Part shown: one piece after another, positions 13,957 through 27,008 of the stretch | How positions within the stretch are numbered: position 1 is the first letter of the stretch | How the letters are laid out: each line of letters begins with the position of its first letter | From: Phaeosaccion multiseriatum | Lineage: Eukaryota; Protista; Ochrophyta, other classes | DNA: 64,000 nucleotides | Direction of reading: 5' to 3' | Assembly (NCBI GenBank): GCA_965112735.1 | Contig: OZ218951.1 | Span: forward strand, 4,402,001 to 4,466,000 | Translations under genes and position numbers: made by a program | The notes under the pieces: generated by a model | The model's database searches: none | What the model saw: the letters and a program-made list of their open reading frames with translations, nothing else | Told to the model about the DNA's origin: nothing

Positions 13957-14095
13957 TCGGCCCCTGACTAGGTTCCAGGTTCTGGTTTTGGGGGAAAGCC
14001 ATGTAATAAGGCAATGATGAGGGCCAAGCTCTGCCAAGCCTCGTCAGCGGGCCAGGTTCCAGGTTCTGATCTACCTGAACCTTGTGAGGGGCCGA
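13957..14095. mobile_element. Small TIR element (MITE-like), copy 1
   Basis: Ends tcggcccctga ... tgaggggccga form an 11-bp inverted repeat with 1 mismatch. Internal ggttccaggttctg repeats. The 35-bp core 13990-14024 is the exact reverse complement of 49909-49943. No clear TSD. Confidence 0.65.
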
Positions 14096-14174
14096 GGGGG
14101 GGGGGAGGGGGGAGTTTATTGACTGAAACTGAGAGTGAGATACAGTTGTATCAGTTGGAAATTGAAAGTGTGAA

Positions 14175-14206
<32 letters not shown>

Positions 14207-14608
14207 CAGGTATCGCTGTGTCTCCGGGGCCCTCGAGGGGCTGGTATTGTATATAAGGGCTGGTTATTTTATATTTAAAAAATTATTGACTTAAATAGGA
14301 ATCACTGAAACTGGAACTGTTCCAAAGGGGGAAGGGTGGGGTGGGAGGGGCACTTCCACAATCGCTGCTCTGCCCCAGCTTCCAAAGCTCGTAACTTTTG
14401 GCCAGAAAGGTGTACGAAGGTGTGTGATAGGTCAGAATCTGCGCAAGGATGCCCTCTACAAGAAGAGCTGTCGTCCGGTTCGCAGCACTGCCGAGAAACG
14501 AAGGGCGAGGGAGAAAAGGGGGGTTGGGAGAAATATTGAAAACACTAAAAGTAATATTTATGTCAATTAAAAGCACTAAAAGTAAAATTTCTGTAAGATT
14601 TATGTCAA

Positions 14609-16511
14609 TTATATCATGACAGCAGTGTCTGGAGCGGCCGGGGGCGGGCTAGAGAGGACAGCAGGGGTGGTGGGAGGTGTTGGGGGTGCCGAAGGCTCTA
14701 CAATGGGCGTCACAGGCTGCTCCGCGGGTGCTTCGCGGGACGCAAGGCGCGCCAACAGGAGCTGCACCAGCCCCTGCTTGAGGGTCCCTTTCGAGTACGT
14801 AATCCCTTCCCGTGCGCAGCAAGACTCCAACGTAGGCCGGTTCATCGCGACTACACTGGCCCGAGTGAGAAGCGGGCCCTTGTCTCCCACTATAGACTGG
14901 TACAGGTGCACAAGCTTTGGCTCCCCCCCAAACAGGTCGCCTTGCCCATTCTTCGCGGCGAAGCAGTGCTTGTACTCGCCCTTGCTGCAGGGGGTGCAGC
15001 TACAGCTCATCGTGCGAACATGAAGTGGGTACGCAACATCATAGTCCTGGCCTTGATGGAACGCTCCAATCGTGGCCTCCGAAACGAAGCCACCCTTCTC
15101 CACATCGCCCTCGTAGTGGTATATACTCTGGGTGCCCTGGATGCCCTTGATGTTCACGTCCTCCCGCTGAATGCTGCCGGCGGCAATAAACCTCACACGG
15201 GTCATCCGGGCTGTGAAAGGTGTCCAGCCCTTTCCAAAGTAGTCTTCGTCCGACATTGGCTGGGCGGTGGTGTCAAACATCTCAGTCACGAAGGCGGCAA
15301 AGTCCTTCGCCGAGTTCATCACCCTCTCCCCCATGTCCGTCCTCCTCGATGCCATGGCCTTGATGGTACCCCCAAGCCCATCGTGGGGCCCCTTACCATG
15401 CGAGGTGGTGTGGAACATGTGCGTCATCTTCACCCCCCACAACTTGAGACAGGAGGCAACGAAGGCGAAGTTCTTTGCGCCCTTGTACTGCTTGGCGCAC
15501 CCGTCAGTGACGTTGATCCACTCCTTCAGCTTGAGGCCGTGCTTTTCGAAGTATCCCTTGTACTCCTGATGCATGAGGCTGCAGCAGTGCTCATGGAAGG
15601 CTTGGTCTTGAAGGGAGTCGTCGGAGATGAAAATCTGAGCGTGCACGTCATGGACGGGCTTCTCCCCCCCCCACATCCTGGGGTTGCAGTGCACGTAGCA
15701 AATCATGAGCGTCGCGGACGGACATGTGCCGCAGGTCACAGAGAACGCGCCTGATGAAAGGGAGAGCAGGAGAGAAACACACGAATACAATAGGAAGGAA
15801 AAGGAGGGAGCAGGGGGGGGGAGAGGAGGGAGGAAGGGTGGGGGGAGGACGGGAGGGGAGAGAAGTGGGCGCCCCTCTTGCTCTGACGTACCGCGGAGCT
15901 TATGCTTCTCCGAAAAGTCGGCCGAGCCTGCCGGGCCTGCTCGTTGCAACGCCACCTCCGAGTGCCCGTCAGCCGAAGGATAGTGTGCAGGGCCTTGACG
16001 ACTGCCCCTCTTGCTGCTTCGACCGAGGCGGGGGCGCAAAGCCAATACGTCTTGCCAGAGATCCGTCGTTCTTCGAAAGCGCCTTCTCCACATCGGCCTC
16101 CTTCACACGAGCCACGCGACCGTCCACTGCTGGAAGCTCAACCTCATCTTCCTCCTTCCCCCAATCGCCATCTCGGAGCTTCCTCTTCTTCGCTGGGGGC
16201 TCTGATACACCCTTGGGAATGAAATACTTGGACCCCTTCACCAACGAAGCCCACCGATGCTGTATCTCGCTCCTCTTTGCCGGCGGCGTCTTGATGTTGG
16301 CCTGTTCCATTCGTCCCACAAAAAGTTTATCCTCCGTCTCCTGGACGTGCTCCTTAGAGCACATGCTGCGATAGTGCTTCTGCTCCTTCCTGGCTCCACT
16401 GGGTGCGACAGTCAGTGTCACGCTTGTCTTCTTGCCGCAGGGCGTTTCTGCATGCTTGAAAGTACATCGATCCAGGTACCGGAAGTGGTGTGGACGCTCC
16501 GGAGTGGCCAT
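14609..16511 (-). mobile_element. Disrupted DDD transposase, Sola2-like, with CxCxxC motif and C-terminal SAP-like domain
   Basis: Motifs ISDD..QD..F, TDGCAKQYKG, FHTTSHGKGPHDGLGGTIK and SCSCTPC; SAP-like MNRPTLESCCAREGI...KQGLVQLL. The upstream ORF (16511-15969) ends in stops and I could not find the first catalytic Asp region. The superfamily call is from remembered motifs, not a search. Confidence 0.7.
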
Positions 16512-16821
16512 TTCAATTTTCGCTTGGAGGGCGTTTTTACAGCTGAAGATGATCAGTAGGAGAAAGGCCACAGAGAGCATTCTTAAAGCCCTAAGCACGC
16601 TGCATCCAGTGATGTGCTTGCAGTGCGCTATCGACGCTGTCCTCCCTGTTTTCTCATCCAGATTTCCCACTTCCCCGCCATGGATTTGAATTTGCAGATC
16701 ATGACCGTGACCGGCATACCCCTAAACATAGGGGTAGCCGCGAGCTTGTACCGTAAATCGCATCGAAACTGGTGTAGATCCGAAAATCGATGCGATTGTG
16801 GAAGTGCCCGGAGGAGAGAAC

Positions 16822-19060
16822 ATACACCAATTGGCTGTAGCGCGTCGACAGCTGTAATCTCAGTGAAGGGAGAAGGGAGGTTTAATTAAAATAAGAATCA
16901 AAGTGGTGTGTGTGTGTGTGTAGGGAGGGTGGCTGCGTTCTGCGTTCTGTGATTTTCCTCCTTTCTTCCTCTCTTCTCGACTCTTCTCGATACCATGCAG
17001 AGGGCATTTAGCAACGAGGTAAGGTCCCTTCATCCTCCTCTCTGTGTTGATCTTCTTAGCTACACACTCACCCTCTCCCATTGATGTTGCTGCCCCTTGT
17101 GGCAGGCCGCTCGTCTTCATGAGGCCATCACAGGCGGTCAGAGCGTCGGACAGGTACAAAAGGCCGTGAGGGCCCTCGTCGCTAAGAACGGGGGGAGGAG
17201 GGCATGCTTGGACGAGCCTCTCGATGAGGAAGAACGTGTTCCTCTGCTCATAGCTTTGCGAAACAGGAGGAATGACATCACTGCTCTTTTGCTGCAAGAG
17301 GGGGCCTCGCCGAATGATACGGACCCTTCAAGTGGCTACACTGTGTTGATGTTTGCATGCTCTATTCCAGATGCTGCTGCTGTACATCAACTGCTCTCTG
17401 CGGGGGCTGACGTCGACAGAAGAACCAAGTCTGGACATACGGCTCTCATGGAGGCTTCCCACTGCGGGGCCACTGTGGTGGTGCAGCAGCTGCTATCGGC
17501 TGGTGCGGAGCCCAATCGGGCCACTATAAAGGAGGGCCACACGGCGCTCACGAAGGCCTCGTTTCGAGGGCATGACAGGGTAGTCCAGAAGCTACTTTCA
17601 GCCGGCGCCGAGATCGACATGATAGGTTCGAGAGGCGATACGGATTTGTTTTTCGCATCCCAGGAAGGGCATCATGCCGTGGTGCAGCAGCTACTATCGG
17701 CAGGCGCTGATCCCAACCACGTGCATTACAGAAATGCATCAGTTGGCACCCCCTTGGTGATAGCCGCAGAAAACGGACACCACAGGGTCACGCAGTTGCT
17801 GCTCACCGCCGGGGCAAATGTGAATGAGGCAGTCAGCGACGTATGGTATCCGCTCTGTGCTGCAAGCCATTATGGACGTGGCATTGTGGTGGATCAGCTC
17901 ATCGCAGCCGGCGCTGAACTCGAAGCGCGTATAGGTGGGGGGCGGAGAACTGCATTAATGGTAGCGTCTATGGAAGGGCACAGAAGCATTGTGCGGAAGC
18001 TGCTCAGGGCTGGTGCAGAGGTGAATGCGTTGAGTCGGGACGAATTTGGAGCTGCAGCGATACACTTGGCATCTCAATGTGGTCATGCTCGTGTCGTGGA
18101 GGAGCTCATCTTAGGAGGTGCCGAAGTAGACATGCTGGACGGCCAGGGGGCTTCAGCTTTGTTGACGGCTAGTAGGAAGTGTCATGAGGCAGTGATCCGT
18201 GTGCTCCTGTCTGCGGGGGCTGATCCTGACCTTGAGAGCAGTATCCACGGCCGTGGAATGCCCCTGATTTTTGCAGCATTGAACGGCCACAGCCGGGCGG
18301 CGCTGGAGCTGCTCTCAGGAGGAGCTTCACTGGCAAAGGCCCTGACAGTGGCCCGAGGACAATTCGATGGAGGCCCCTTTGTTGAATTCCTCCTTGCCGC
18401 GGACAGACAGCACTTTGCGTCACAAAGCGCGTTGGACCTGATGCGGGGCACTGACCTTCTCTTTAGCAAGGAAGGGAGGCTGAAGGTATCGCAGAGAGAG
18501 GTTAGCCCTGAGGTGCTGCAGGAGGTGGCGGAGGAGATGGCATGACAAGTTGACCATTTATCACGTTGTGAAGGAACGCAGAGTGAGCTGGAGCTGTGTC
18601 ACAACAAAGGGAGGAGCGGCAGGGAGGAGAGGGCGAGGTGGGACCACTTAGAAGGTTACGCATCAGCCTCGGTCTCCGTGCGAGTCCCATCCAAGAGCAA
18701 GCAGAGTACTCTCGCACCTCCGGCCCATCGGGGGGGGGGGGGAGATCAAGAGGCAGAGGCGAAGGATGTGTGGGGGGGAGGCGGTGATACAGCAGCAGCC
18801 GGGGGGAGGAGGAGGAGGAGGAGGAGGAGGAGGAGGAAGAGGATCACTTACGAGAGCAACAACACGAGGGATCGATGTCAGGCGTTGTTTTTCGTTCAAT
18901 GTTTTATTTTTTTTCATTTCGGAAAGTACTCATTACTTACAAAGATTATTTGTCACATGATACATGGATGATGGATGGATGGATGGATGGATGAGACAAG
19001 AGGGAGAAGCAGAAGCATACGACAAGACCATGTCGTGTGTCTGAGATGTACGGACGTCGT
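16822..19060 (+). repeat. Segmental duplication unit B
   Basis: Direct repeat of ~11843-13950 with indels in the 5' leader and 3' flank. Confidence 0.93.
16995..18545 (+). CDS. Ankyrin-repeat protein, family copy 2 (tandem duplicate of copy 1)
   Basis: Same exon structure and length as copy 1, about 90% amino-acid identity, intact ORF. Confidence 0.9.
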
Positions 19061-19440
19061 AATCATCAGCATCAGCATCATCATCATCGTCGTCATCATC
19101 ATCCTCATCATCCTCGTGATTGCTCTCCAGGGCTTCAGAACGAAGCCGCAAAGCAAAGGGGCGATAAATCACATTTGCCCAATGCAAGGGGAAGGAAGGG
19201 AAGACAGGAAACGAAAGGAAAGGAAGGGCTCTGAACGAGCATGAAAAGGCTCAACAATACAACGCAACGCAAACCCCGGTGGGTGGGTGTGTGTCGGTGT
19301 GTGCGCCCAAAGGCTAAGCATGCCCAAAACGATAGGCATCGCCCCTTTCACTCACTCCCTCACTCCCTCCCTCCCTCCCCTCTCCCCCTCTCCCCCCCCC
19401 TCCCTCCCTCCGCTCTGCACGGTCACGGACTGGGGAAGAG

Positions 19441-21872
19441 CTACCCTAACTCGCTCGGCAGTTGGTTCTCTCCTTCCCCTCCCCCGCCGTCGCCAACCCC
19501 GCCTGTCTTGGCATTCTGCATCCCTCCCCCTAATCCTCCTCCACCCCCGAGAAAGTCGGCATGGGTGCCTCCTCCTAAACCAAAGTCGGCGTGCGCGTCC
19601 TCAAAGGTGTGGGAGTGGACGACAAGTACGGTGAAGACCCACAGGTGAAGTAGGGTCAAGTAGCAGAGGAAGGCCAGGCGAGCTGCAGGGATGTTTTTCA
19701 TGTAAAAGCCGGCTTGAAGCATTAAGCGGTCGAGAGAATCAAGAGCACGTGCAACCTTTTCATTGATTTCATCAATAACGGGGGTTTGTAAAGGAGGGAG
19801 GGAGGGAGGGAGGGAAGGAGGGGAGGGGGGGGAACAGTGAGTACGTTGACTGTAAGGAGTCAAGCTAAGCATACCCGCCGGACGCCCCCGTCCTCTGATT
19901 CAGGCAGGCGGAACGGAACACCACATCTATTGTCACCTGCCACAGCTGTGCCCTACCCATATACCTTCTGTCTCGGTACTTCTCACGTACTTCTTCCTTT
20001 ACGTACCTTCTTATGTTTGGCAACTCCTGCCAGGCTTGAGATGGTTCTCCGATGACGCCCCCCTCCCCCCGGCACCCCGCGATACCTCATCCCTCCCCCC
20101 CTCCCTCCCCCTCCTCCTCCTCCTCCTCCTCCTCCTCCTCCTCCTCCTCCTCCTCCTCCCTCGATATCGTCAGCGTCGATGCCCAGCCCGAGGCCGATGG
20201 ATCGGTACTGAGCAGCCTGGAGCTCCGCCCGCTTCGCTTGCTCCGTTGCGTCCCTTTTTGTTTTGTTTGTTTGGAGGACAATGGGCGGTGGCCGTGTAAG
20301 GTGAGGTGGGGGACAGAGACAACAACAAAGCAACGAAGACAGTTGGCATAGGGGCAGGGTCAGAAGAGCGAAGCAGGGGGTGAGAAAGGCGACGAGAGCG
20401 CCGAGAGGAAAGCTGATGCACGACACGAGTTCAGTGGAGGTGGTGGAGTGAAGATGAGAGCGGGGCGCCGGAGTCTTCCCCCTCCTCCCCCCGTGGGCAG
20501 TAACACATGTCATCACTCACTTCATTGCCATTCCCATACCCACGCACCCACTCCACGCACCCACCCACACACTGCACGCACGCACCCACACACGCACCCA
20601 CACACGCACCCACCCACCCACGCACACATCCACGCACACATCCACGCACGCACGCATCCAGACGCACCTGAGCTTTGAGTAGAGCGTGAGTCTCTCGCTC
20701 TTGACCTCATCGAGCTCGGCCTGTTTCCGTAGCGCCTGTTTCCCGACGGCGGCAACCCGCTTCTCGAACTCCGCGGCCATCTCCGGCGGTGGCAGCGTGT
20801 CCTGCAGTTGACGCTCCAGGCTTTGGACGCGGCGTTCGGCGTCCCGACACCGAGTACTCGCCTCCTGCGCCGTTCGTTGGAGCATCTCCCTGTCGCTGAC
20901 GGCGGTGCTGTGCGTGACTTTGAGCTCTGAGCGAAGGGACTTGACTTCCCCTGCCAAGCACTTGCCGCTTTGGGTCTCCTCCTCGAGGCGAGCGTGGAGG
21001 GCATGCATCTCGTCCTGCAGACGTGTAACCGTCGCTGCAACCGCCGTCGGAACCCCCCCCCCCCCCGCCCCTCCTCCTTCTCCCTTGACCCCCCCCCTGG
21101 ACGGAGATGATGCGGGCGACAAGAGAGACTGAGAAGCAGCCCCGGACTGGCGCTTCTCCCCAGCCCCCCCTGCCTTCATCTCCTGTGCCTCTCTCTGTTG
21201 CTTGACGAGGGCCTCCGTTAGCTCGGCGTTGGCATTCTCCAGCGCTGCTTGTCTGCCGTGCGCCTGTCCTCCAGTTGTCAGTTTCAGGCGTCCGTTTCAG
21301 TGGGCAGTTTCAGGTTAGTGCCTACTCGATCAATGAGTTGTATATCGATCACATCGATACATATACCGAGAGGCTCTCTCCCTCCCTCTCACCTGCCTCA
21401 TCCACTCCCCATGCTGCCCCTGCACCTCCTCCAACTCGGCCTCCTTGCTCGCCAGCACCTGCACACAGATTCATGGTTTCAGGTTCAGATGCAGTTCACA
21501 TACTCAGCTCATCTCGATCAATGTATGGATCATGTCGACATGGCTACATGTACATGGATGCATCGACAACATACCTACACACATGCGCTCAACCTAATAC
21601 ACTAAAACCTCAACTCACCCGCCTCAGCTCCACCGCGGTGGTGCTCTCCTTCGCTCTCGAGCCTCGCAGGGCCTCTCTCGCCTCTGAGAGCTCTGCCTCC
21701 AGACCCTCCTTCGCGCTCTCCGCTTCAGCAAGAAGACGAGTGGCCTCAACGGCCTGGGCTTTGCTGTCTTCCAGCGCAGCTGCCAGGCCGATGGCGGCTT
21801 CCTCCTGTTGGGTTGTTTTCAGAGAGAGGGAGAGGGTGAGAGAGAGGGCGAGAGAGAACGGCATTGAGAGAG

Positions 21873-21910
<38 letters not shown>

Positions 21911-23664
21911 AGAGAGGGAGCAAAGTGTATCCCACACTGTTCTACTTCGTACTCTTTCTTCTCAACTCTCGTTCTTCGCACTCCTCCTTTGTGCTCCTTC
22001 GCACTCGTACCTTGGACGCCAACGTAACCGCCAGTGCCTGCTCGTCGCCCTTGAGAGATTCTCTAAGCCTGTCCAGCTCGTCAAGCAGCTCCCCCTCCCT
22101 CTCCTCTGCGCGCTGCTCCTCTCTGCGTAGCTTTTGAGCACTCTCCCTGAGCTCCATCTCGAGATCTCGCACCTTCTCCTCTATGCCTTCAAGGTCTTCG
22201 TACAGCTCCGCTCGCTCCTTGCGCAGGCCACTCAGCTCGGCGGAAGCAGAAGCAGACAAGTACTGCGCATCTCCTCCTCCTCCTCCTCCTCCTCCTCCTC
22301 CTCCTCCTCCTCCTCCTCCTCCTCCTCCTCCTCCTCGACCTGGACTACTACCCGCAGGCGAAACGCCACTGCTGACTTCCCGCCGCCCTCCTCGCGGACC
22401 GGAAGGGGATGGTGGCACCCCCCCTCCCCCTCCCCCCCTGCCCTCTCTCCCTTCCTCTCCCCCAGCTGCTCCACTTGCTGCTCCTCCCACTGGCGCTTGT
22501 GGTGGTCGCGCCTCCCCCGCCCGTCCTGAAGCAGAGTGAGCAGCAGTCACAGCAGCGTCTCCTTTGAGCGGCGTGCTCGGATTTGGGCGTGCTATCCCCC
22601 CTCTAAGCATCTCCACTCCGAACGCGGCGGGCGAATCCAGAGGCGAAGGGACGACGCCACCATCCCTCGTCCACTCTCCTCCTCCTCCTCCTCCTCCTCC
22701 TCCTCCTCCTCCTCTTCCTCCTCCTCCTTCATTGTCTTCTTGTTCTTCTTCTCCTCCTCTTCCTCCTCCTCCGGCTCTTCTTCGCGGGGGCAAAATTGGC
22801 GAGACACCCCCGCCGATCCCTACTAAGGCATCCCCTCCCGCTACCCCATGCGGTGCTCCTGGCCTCTCCTCGCTTCTCCCCCCCGTCGCTGGGCTCTCTC
22901 CATCACCCTCGTGAGCCCCCCTCCCCTCCTCGTCCTCCCCCTGTCCTCCCCGTGTCTCTCCCTCCACGTCATCGGCAAGCACCCAGCCTGATCCTGACAG
23001 GGGAGGCGACGCCACATCATTTCCACTCTGGGATCCTACTCTTTGGGGTGTGCTCGGTGCCCCTCTCCCTGCGGCTTCTGCTGACACGTACGGTTCCGCT
23101 ATCGACTCTGCCCTTACGGCATGTACCATTCCTGGCTCTCTTTCGCTGAAGGGCTCGCCTCCACCTCCTTCATCGCTGCGATTTGCACCTCCTTCATCAC
23201 TGCGATTTGAGTCTCTCCCTCCCCATCCCCCCCTTCCTACCTCTCCTCCTTCCTGCTCCCCCTCGTGGTAAACTTCCCCTCCGTGAAAGCCCTCTGGCTG
23301 AGGCTGTCTGGAGCTGTTGCCCTCCCTGTCCCTACGGCGACTCCTCCTCCTCTCCGCTGCATCGAAAGTAGCTTGTTCTGAGCACGGCGGAGCGACAGGG
23401 CCGGAGCAGCAGCAGCACAATGAACGCCTCCAACGTCAGGCTGGGCAAAAAGGGGTCCTTCGCCGAATCCCTGTTCTCACTCAACTCTCTCTCTCGTCAA
23501 GCCTTAAGGGCCGTCTCTTCCAACAGCAGAAAGAGAAGCAGGAGAAGCGTATTACTGTCCCTCCTCTCTATCCTCGATCACCCACCTGTGTCGATAAGGT
23601 TCTCTTTTGCAAGCCCATCAACTGAATCGAGAAGAGATGAGGCTCTCTTAAGCCAGCTCGCCAT
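19441..23664 (-). CDS. Golgin-84 (GOLGA5)-like coiled-coil tail-anchored Golgi protein
   Basis: N-terminus MASWLKRASSLLDSVD, a long E/K/R/L/A coiled coil, and the C-terminal signature D.LD......PAARLAFLCYLTLLHLWVFTVL (TM). Multiple exons. Confidence 0.78.
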
Positions 23665-24325
23665 TAGGAAGCCTGCTCCAAACGCACTACTGCAGCTTCT
23701 CGAAGCCCCTCCTCCGAGTCTGCTTCTGCTTCTGCGAGGTGCTGTGTGTTTTGATCTTTCCTCTTCCTCCGGGCGGGGCCACTTCCTCCCTGACTTATGG
23801 TCGTAACCCTACTTTTTTTTCTCGCGGTGGCATTCTTCCCACAGAGAGAGAGATTGGAGATTCGGAGAAAGGCAGCATGGTTCGAGAAGAACGAGGTCAG
23901 CGAGACTCACCCTCTTTCTCTGCCAATGCAAGTAAGCGCTTCTTGGTGTCTCTAGAGTCGTGTTAAACCGCTGCGGTGGGCTCCCACCATCAAACGCAAA
24001 ATAAAGAGAGCAAAGGGGCGACAACAGGGACGGCTGGCGGGTACACGCTGGTTGCCAAGATGCCAGAGCAACTGCTCCTTGCTTGTGGGATAAATTTCTG
24101 CCACCAACTCGGCATCGAACGAAACCTGGAAGGCCACGTGAGGGACGAAGGTGAGAAGGGGGGAGGAAAGAGACCTCAGGGGGAAGGGGGAGCGGGGGGA
24201 TCGTGTGGCATCGGTCGTATGCTCTCTGTCCTATGCATACCTAACACGTGTGTGGTAAACCATCCTCTTAAACAGGTTTTGATCACTTCAAGGGAAAGCT
24301 GCTTCCAGAACGGGAGAGAAAGGAG

Positions 24326-26977
24326 ATGGAAGGAAAGAAGGAGGAAGGACAGGAGGAGGAGGAAGAGGAGGAGGAGGAGAAAAATGAAGATGCTGAGAAG
24401 GAGAGCGGCGCACACGCAGACTCCCTGTATATCCCGGCGTCTGGGAGGAGGGGAGGCAGCGGCGGTAGTAGTCGTAGTACGCGGAGGAGGGGGAGGAAGA
24501 GGGCACAAGCGGGAGGAGGAAGAGGGGGCTCCTCCTCCTCGAGAACGGGGGAGATGTGCCGCAGCATGATCTCTGTTCCCGTCAACGTGGACCTGTCGGG
24601 CTGCGGGGGAGGGGAGTACTCCATGAGGGGAGGAGGCGGAGGCGGAGGAGGAGGAGAGGGCATCAAGCAAGTAGCGGCCGGCGCCAACCACAGTGTGCTG
24701 CTGTCGAGTCAAGGTCACCTTTATCGCTGGGGTTATGACAATGGCAGGGTCTACAAGCGGCCCAGTCGACTCACCATGGGCATCCCACTGTCCTGCTGCA
24801 GCATCTCCTGTGGGAGGAAGCACACCTTGGCGCTCATGGAGGGGGGCTTTGTGATGAGCTGGGGCACGGGCTACTTTGGTCAGCTGGGGCATGGCGACAA
24901 TGTGTCTTATAGCCACCCTCGCATGATTCATAGACTCGACCCGGAGAGGCTCGGAGACAGGATTATACAGGTGAGATATGTGTGTATCCTATATGACGTT
25001 GAGACGGGTCATTGAGCACTGAACAGCTGGAACTGAAACTCGCTCACACACCACACATACGCCTCTCTCTCACGGGCACACACACGCACACACACACACA
25101 CACTCTCCTCTCATCCCCCCTCTCTCTTCCGTCACACACACACACAAACACACACGCACACACACGCACGCACACACACACACACCCGCACAAACACACA
25201 GGTGGGTTGTGGCGGGTACCATTCCGGTGCCCTGACGGAGGCGGGCATGATGTTCGCCTGGGGGTTTAATCGTCACGGGCAGGTGGGCAACGGACTCAAG
25301 GAGAACACAGTGTCGGAGCCGCTGCTCGTCAGTCGCGACAACTTCAGGGCCTCCAGCATTGCGTGCAAGGTGCGCGCAGTGTCGTGTCATTGTTCAACTC
25401 GGATTGTACCTTACGTACTTTTCTTTCTCACTCGTTATGTTTATGTACTCTTACGTACTGCAGTGTCAAATTTTCAACTCGTACTTACTGACTTATCTTT
25501 GTCACTCGTGCAGTCCTCTTTGCGTAAGTCCTTTACCAAAGTGTCTTTTTTTCCTTTTTCGGTGTGTGAATGTCTTGCGTAGTAGACGAACTAAACTTTT
25601 CGGTGCTTTGCTGTGGTGCGTTGCCTGTGGCTGTGACTGTGTGCTTTCCTGTGGCTCTGCGTGGCTTTGCTGTGGCTCCACTGTGGCTTTGCTTGGCTGT
25701 TGTTGCGGCTCTGCTGTGTGTGTCTTTTGCTCATGCTGCAGATCGCAATGGGCAGGCACCACAGCTCCGTCCTGACCACCAAGGGGGAGCTCTACACCTG
25801 GGGCTCGTGCAACTTCGGTAAGCTGGGGTTGGCGGATCAAGGAGCCACCAAGGTCATCACCATACCCACTGAGGTGCCCACCTTTAACACGCATCCGCTC
25901 TTCGATGTAAGTGGAGCGAGAGGGGGGAGGGAGGGAGGGAGGGAGGGAGAGCACAGTCAGATGTGAGCAGGACACGCATGCACAAGCGCGCACTCAGGGT
26001 ACTCACTCACTCACTCACTCTCTCACGCACCCTCACACACACGCACGCACACTCCCCGCCAACCCACCTACCCACAACCGTACGCGCGTACGCAACGCAC
26101 CCACGCACCCACATACTCACAGGTGGCGTCTGGAGATTTCCACATGGTTGGGCTCACACGCATGTGGGAAGTGTACGCGTGGGGCTACGGGGCGGAGGGG
26201 CAATGCGGGCACGGGAGCGCCCTGCATCTCCGCACACCGAGGAAGGTGGAGCGGCTGGCGGGCAAAGACATTCGAAAGGTAGGGATGGGGTATGGGGGTT
26301 GGAGGGGTGGAGGGGTGGCGGGGGGGGGGGGAGATGGAGGCGGGCGCTGGGCCAGTCTTGACACTCGTGGTGCTGGTGTTGGTGGTGGTGGTGGTGGTGG
26401 TGGTGGTGGTGGTGGTCCCTCATTCCCGTGTCAGACACCCCCACGCCCACTCACACACACACCCCGCACGCACGTGACTGACTGAACTGAACTCAACGAA
26501 CGAAACTGAACTCCAAACTGATTTGATATGGCAGATTACGTGCGGGGGCTGGTGGAGTATGGCAGTGGACGCCGAGGGCTACGCCTACTCGTGGGGCTGT
26601 GCCGACGGCGGCTGGACCGGACTGGACAGACCACAGGGTGATGCGCCCTTTGTAGAGGTCGGCCCCGCCTCCAGTATAGCCAAGCGAGGCACTAGTACCA
26701 CCACTACACAGGCCTTTGACTCCTGCCACAATGCGCTCTTCCCGGAGCCGGTGGAGGCCCTCAAGCCGTTTCGGATCACGCAGCTTTCATGCGGGGGCGC
26801 GCACACGCTCTTTGTGGGGTCTATGAGGAAGGCAGCAGGTGGTGGTGGTGGTGGTGGTGGCGGCGACAGGGGCGGTGGTGATGGTGGTAGCAGTAGCTCG
26901 GGGAGAAGTGGCATGAGCGACACCAGCTGTAGCAAGTCAAGCAGTGGTGGCAGTGGCAGCAGCAGCAGCACCACCAC

Positions 26978-27008
<31 letters not shown>

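Noticed and set aside
14219-16815. TIRs for the Sola-like element (tctccgggg / gcccggagga) and the hairpin at ~16717-16737
   Set aside because: The match is too short and imperfect and has no TSD, so the ends could not be defined.
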